Shown here: in pieces, positions 63,589 to 64,000 of the stretch
Layout of the letters: every line of letters starts with the position of its first letter
Position numbering within the stretch: position 1 is the first letter of the stretch
Assembly (NCBI RefSeq): GCF_963422545.2
Contig: NZ_CAXVYT010000026.1
Span: 11,844-75,843 of the forward strand
Origin: an uncultured Flavobacterium sp.
Lineage (GTDB): Bacteria > Bacteroidota > Bacteroidia > Flavobacteriales > Flavobacteriaceae
Length of the DNA: 64,000 nucleotides
Direction: 5' to 3'
Notes under the pieces: generated by a model
Databases searched by the model: none
What the model was told of the DNA's origin: nothing
The model's input: the letters and a program-made list of their open reading frames with translations, nothing else
Made by a program: the position numbers and the translations under genes

Positions 63589-64000
63589 ATGGCAACAATT
63601 ATTACAATGCCTCGTTTGAGCGATACGATGACGGAAGGAACGGTAGCGACTTGGCTTAAAAAAGTAGGCGACAAAATTAGCGAAGGAGATATCTTAGCTG
63701 AAATTGAAACAGATAAAGCAACAATGGAATTCGAGTCTTTCAACGAAGGAACTCTTTTACATATCGGAATACAAGCTGGAGAAACTGCTCCGGTTGATTC
63801 ATTATTAGCAATCATTGGTAACGAAGGAGAAGATATTTCTACTCTTTTAACTGGTGGTACTGCCCCTGCCGCAGAAGCTCCAAAAGCTGAAGCTGCAGAA
63901 GCAAAAATAGAAACTGCTGCACCTGCAAAAGCTGCAACTGAATTACCAAAAGGTATTGTAGTGGTAACTATGCCACGTTTGAGCGACACAATGACTGAAG
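63589..64000 (+). CDS. dihydrolipoamide acetyltransferase (E2), 5' part; runs off the window
   Basis: This gene is not in the ORF track. The ATG at 63589 gives 'MATIITMPRLSDTMTEGTVATWLKKVGDKISEGDILAEIETDKATMEFESF...', a lipoyl domain. An Ala/Pro linker follows, and a second lipoyl domain starts at 'VVVTMPRLSDTMTE' (about 63955). Confidence 0.9.
   Translation, partial: MATIITMPRLSDTMTEGTVATWLKKVGDKISEGDILAEIETDKATMEFESFNEGTLLHIGIQAGETAPVDSLLAIIGNEGEDISTLLTGGTAPAAEAPKAEAAEAKIETAAPAKAATELPKGIVVVTMPRLSDTMTE

Noticed and set aside
63579-63989. A 136-aa minus-strand ORF, Ala/Ser-rich.
   Set aside because: It lies antisense to a clearly real E2 lipoyl-domain gene (MATIITMPRLSDTMTEG...ETDKATMEFES) that the ORF track omits because it runs off the window. 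Its low-complexity composition mirrors the Ala/Pro linker of E2.

Overview
This is an AT-rich Bacteroidota chromosome segment, almost certainly a Flavobacterium of the F. johnsoniae type. Support comes from murF-gldJ / porU-porV synteny, many TAnnTTTG -7 promoter boxes and SusC/SusD genes. I support about 57 protein genes and saw no tRNA, rRNA, CRISPR array, integrase or transposase. Left to right, the content is as follows. (1) The tail of a thiamine operon (thiH with its start clipped at the window edge, then thiF), followed by housekeeping genes (aat, greA, HIT, an orphan histidine kinase). (2) A TPP riboswitch with its own promoter box driving a TonB-dependent receptor. (3) A minus-strand array of pcrB-like GGGP synthase, pnuC, a NadR-kinase::DUF4301 fusion, arfB and a membrane protein. 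(4) A Crp / membrane protein / group III truncated haemoglobin module. (5) An AT-rich three-gene cassette: a variant PIG-L deacetylase, a GT4 glycosyltransferase and an Amj-like membrane protein. (6) ahcY, an SMR pump and a GNAT. (7) A dispersed Ada/AlkB alkylation-repair cluster containing a second Fe/2OG oxygenase bracketed by two copies of a hairpin element. (8) An SDR/SDR/AraC group, an MmcQ gene and an NrtR-like gene. (9) An orphan low-GC module: an 85-aa protein plus a cytoplasmic transglutaminase-like protein. (10) An 18-kb beta-glucan PUL (SusC, SusD, SGBP, 2x GH30, 2x GH30_3-like, GH5+CBM6, GH16, EEP, GH3). It holds one multiply frameshifted GH30 paralogue and a frameshifted propeller/Y_Y_Y/LuxR sensor-regulator. 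(11) murF, gldJ, porU, porV, cdd, pdhA and the start of the E2 gene, which is absent from the ORF track. Several dispersed hairpin/REP-like repeat families populate the intergenic regions. All coordinates of non-ORF features were counted by hand and may be off by 1-2 nt. All family assignments rest on recognised motifs, not on database searches.
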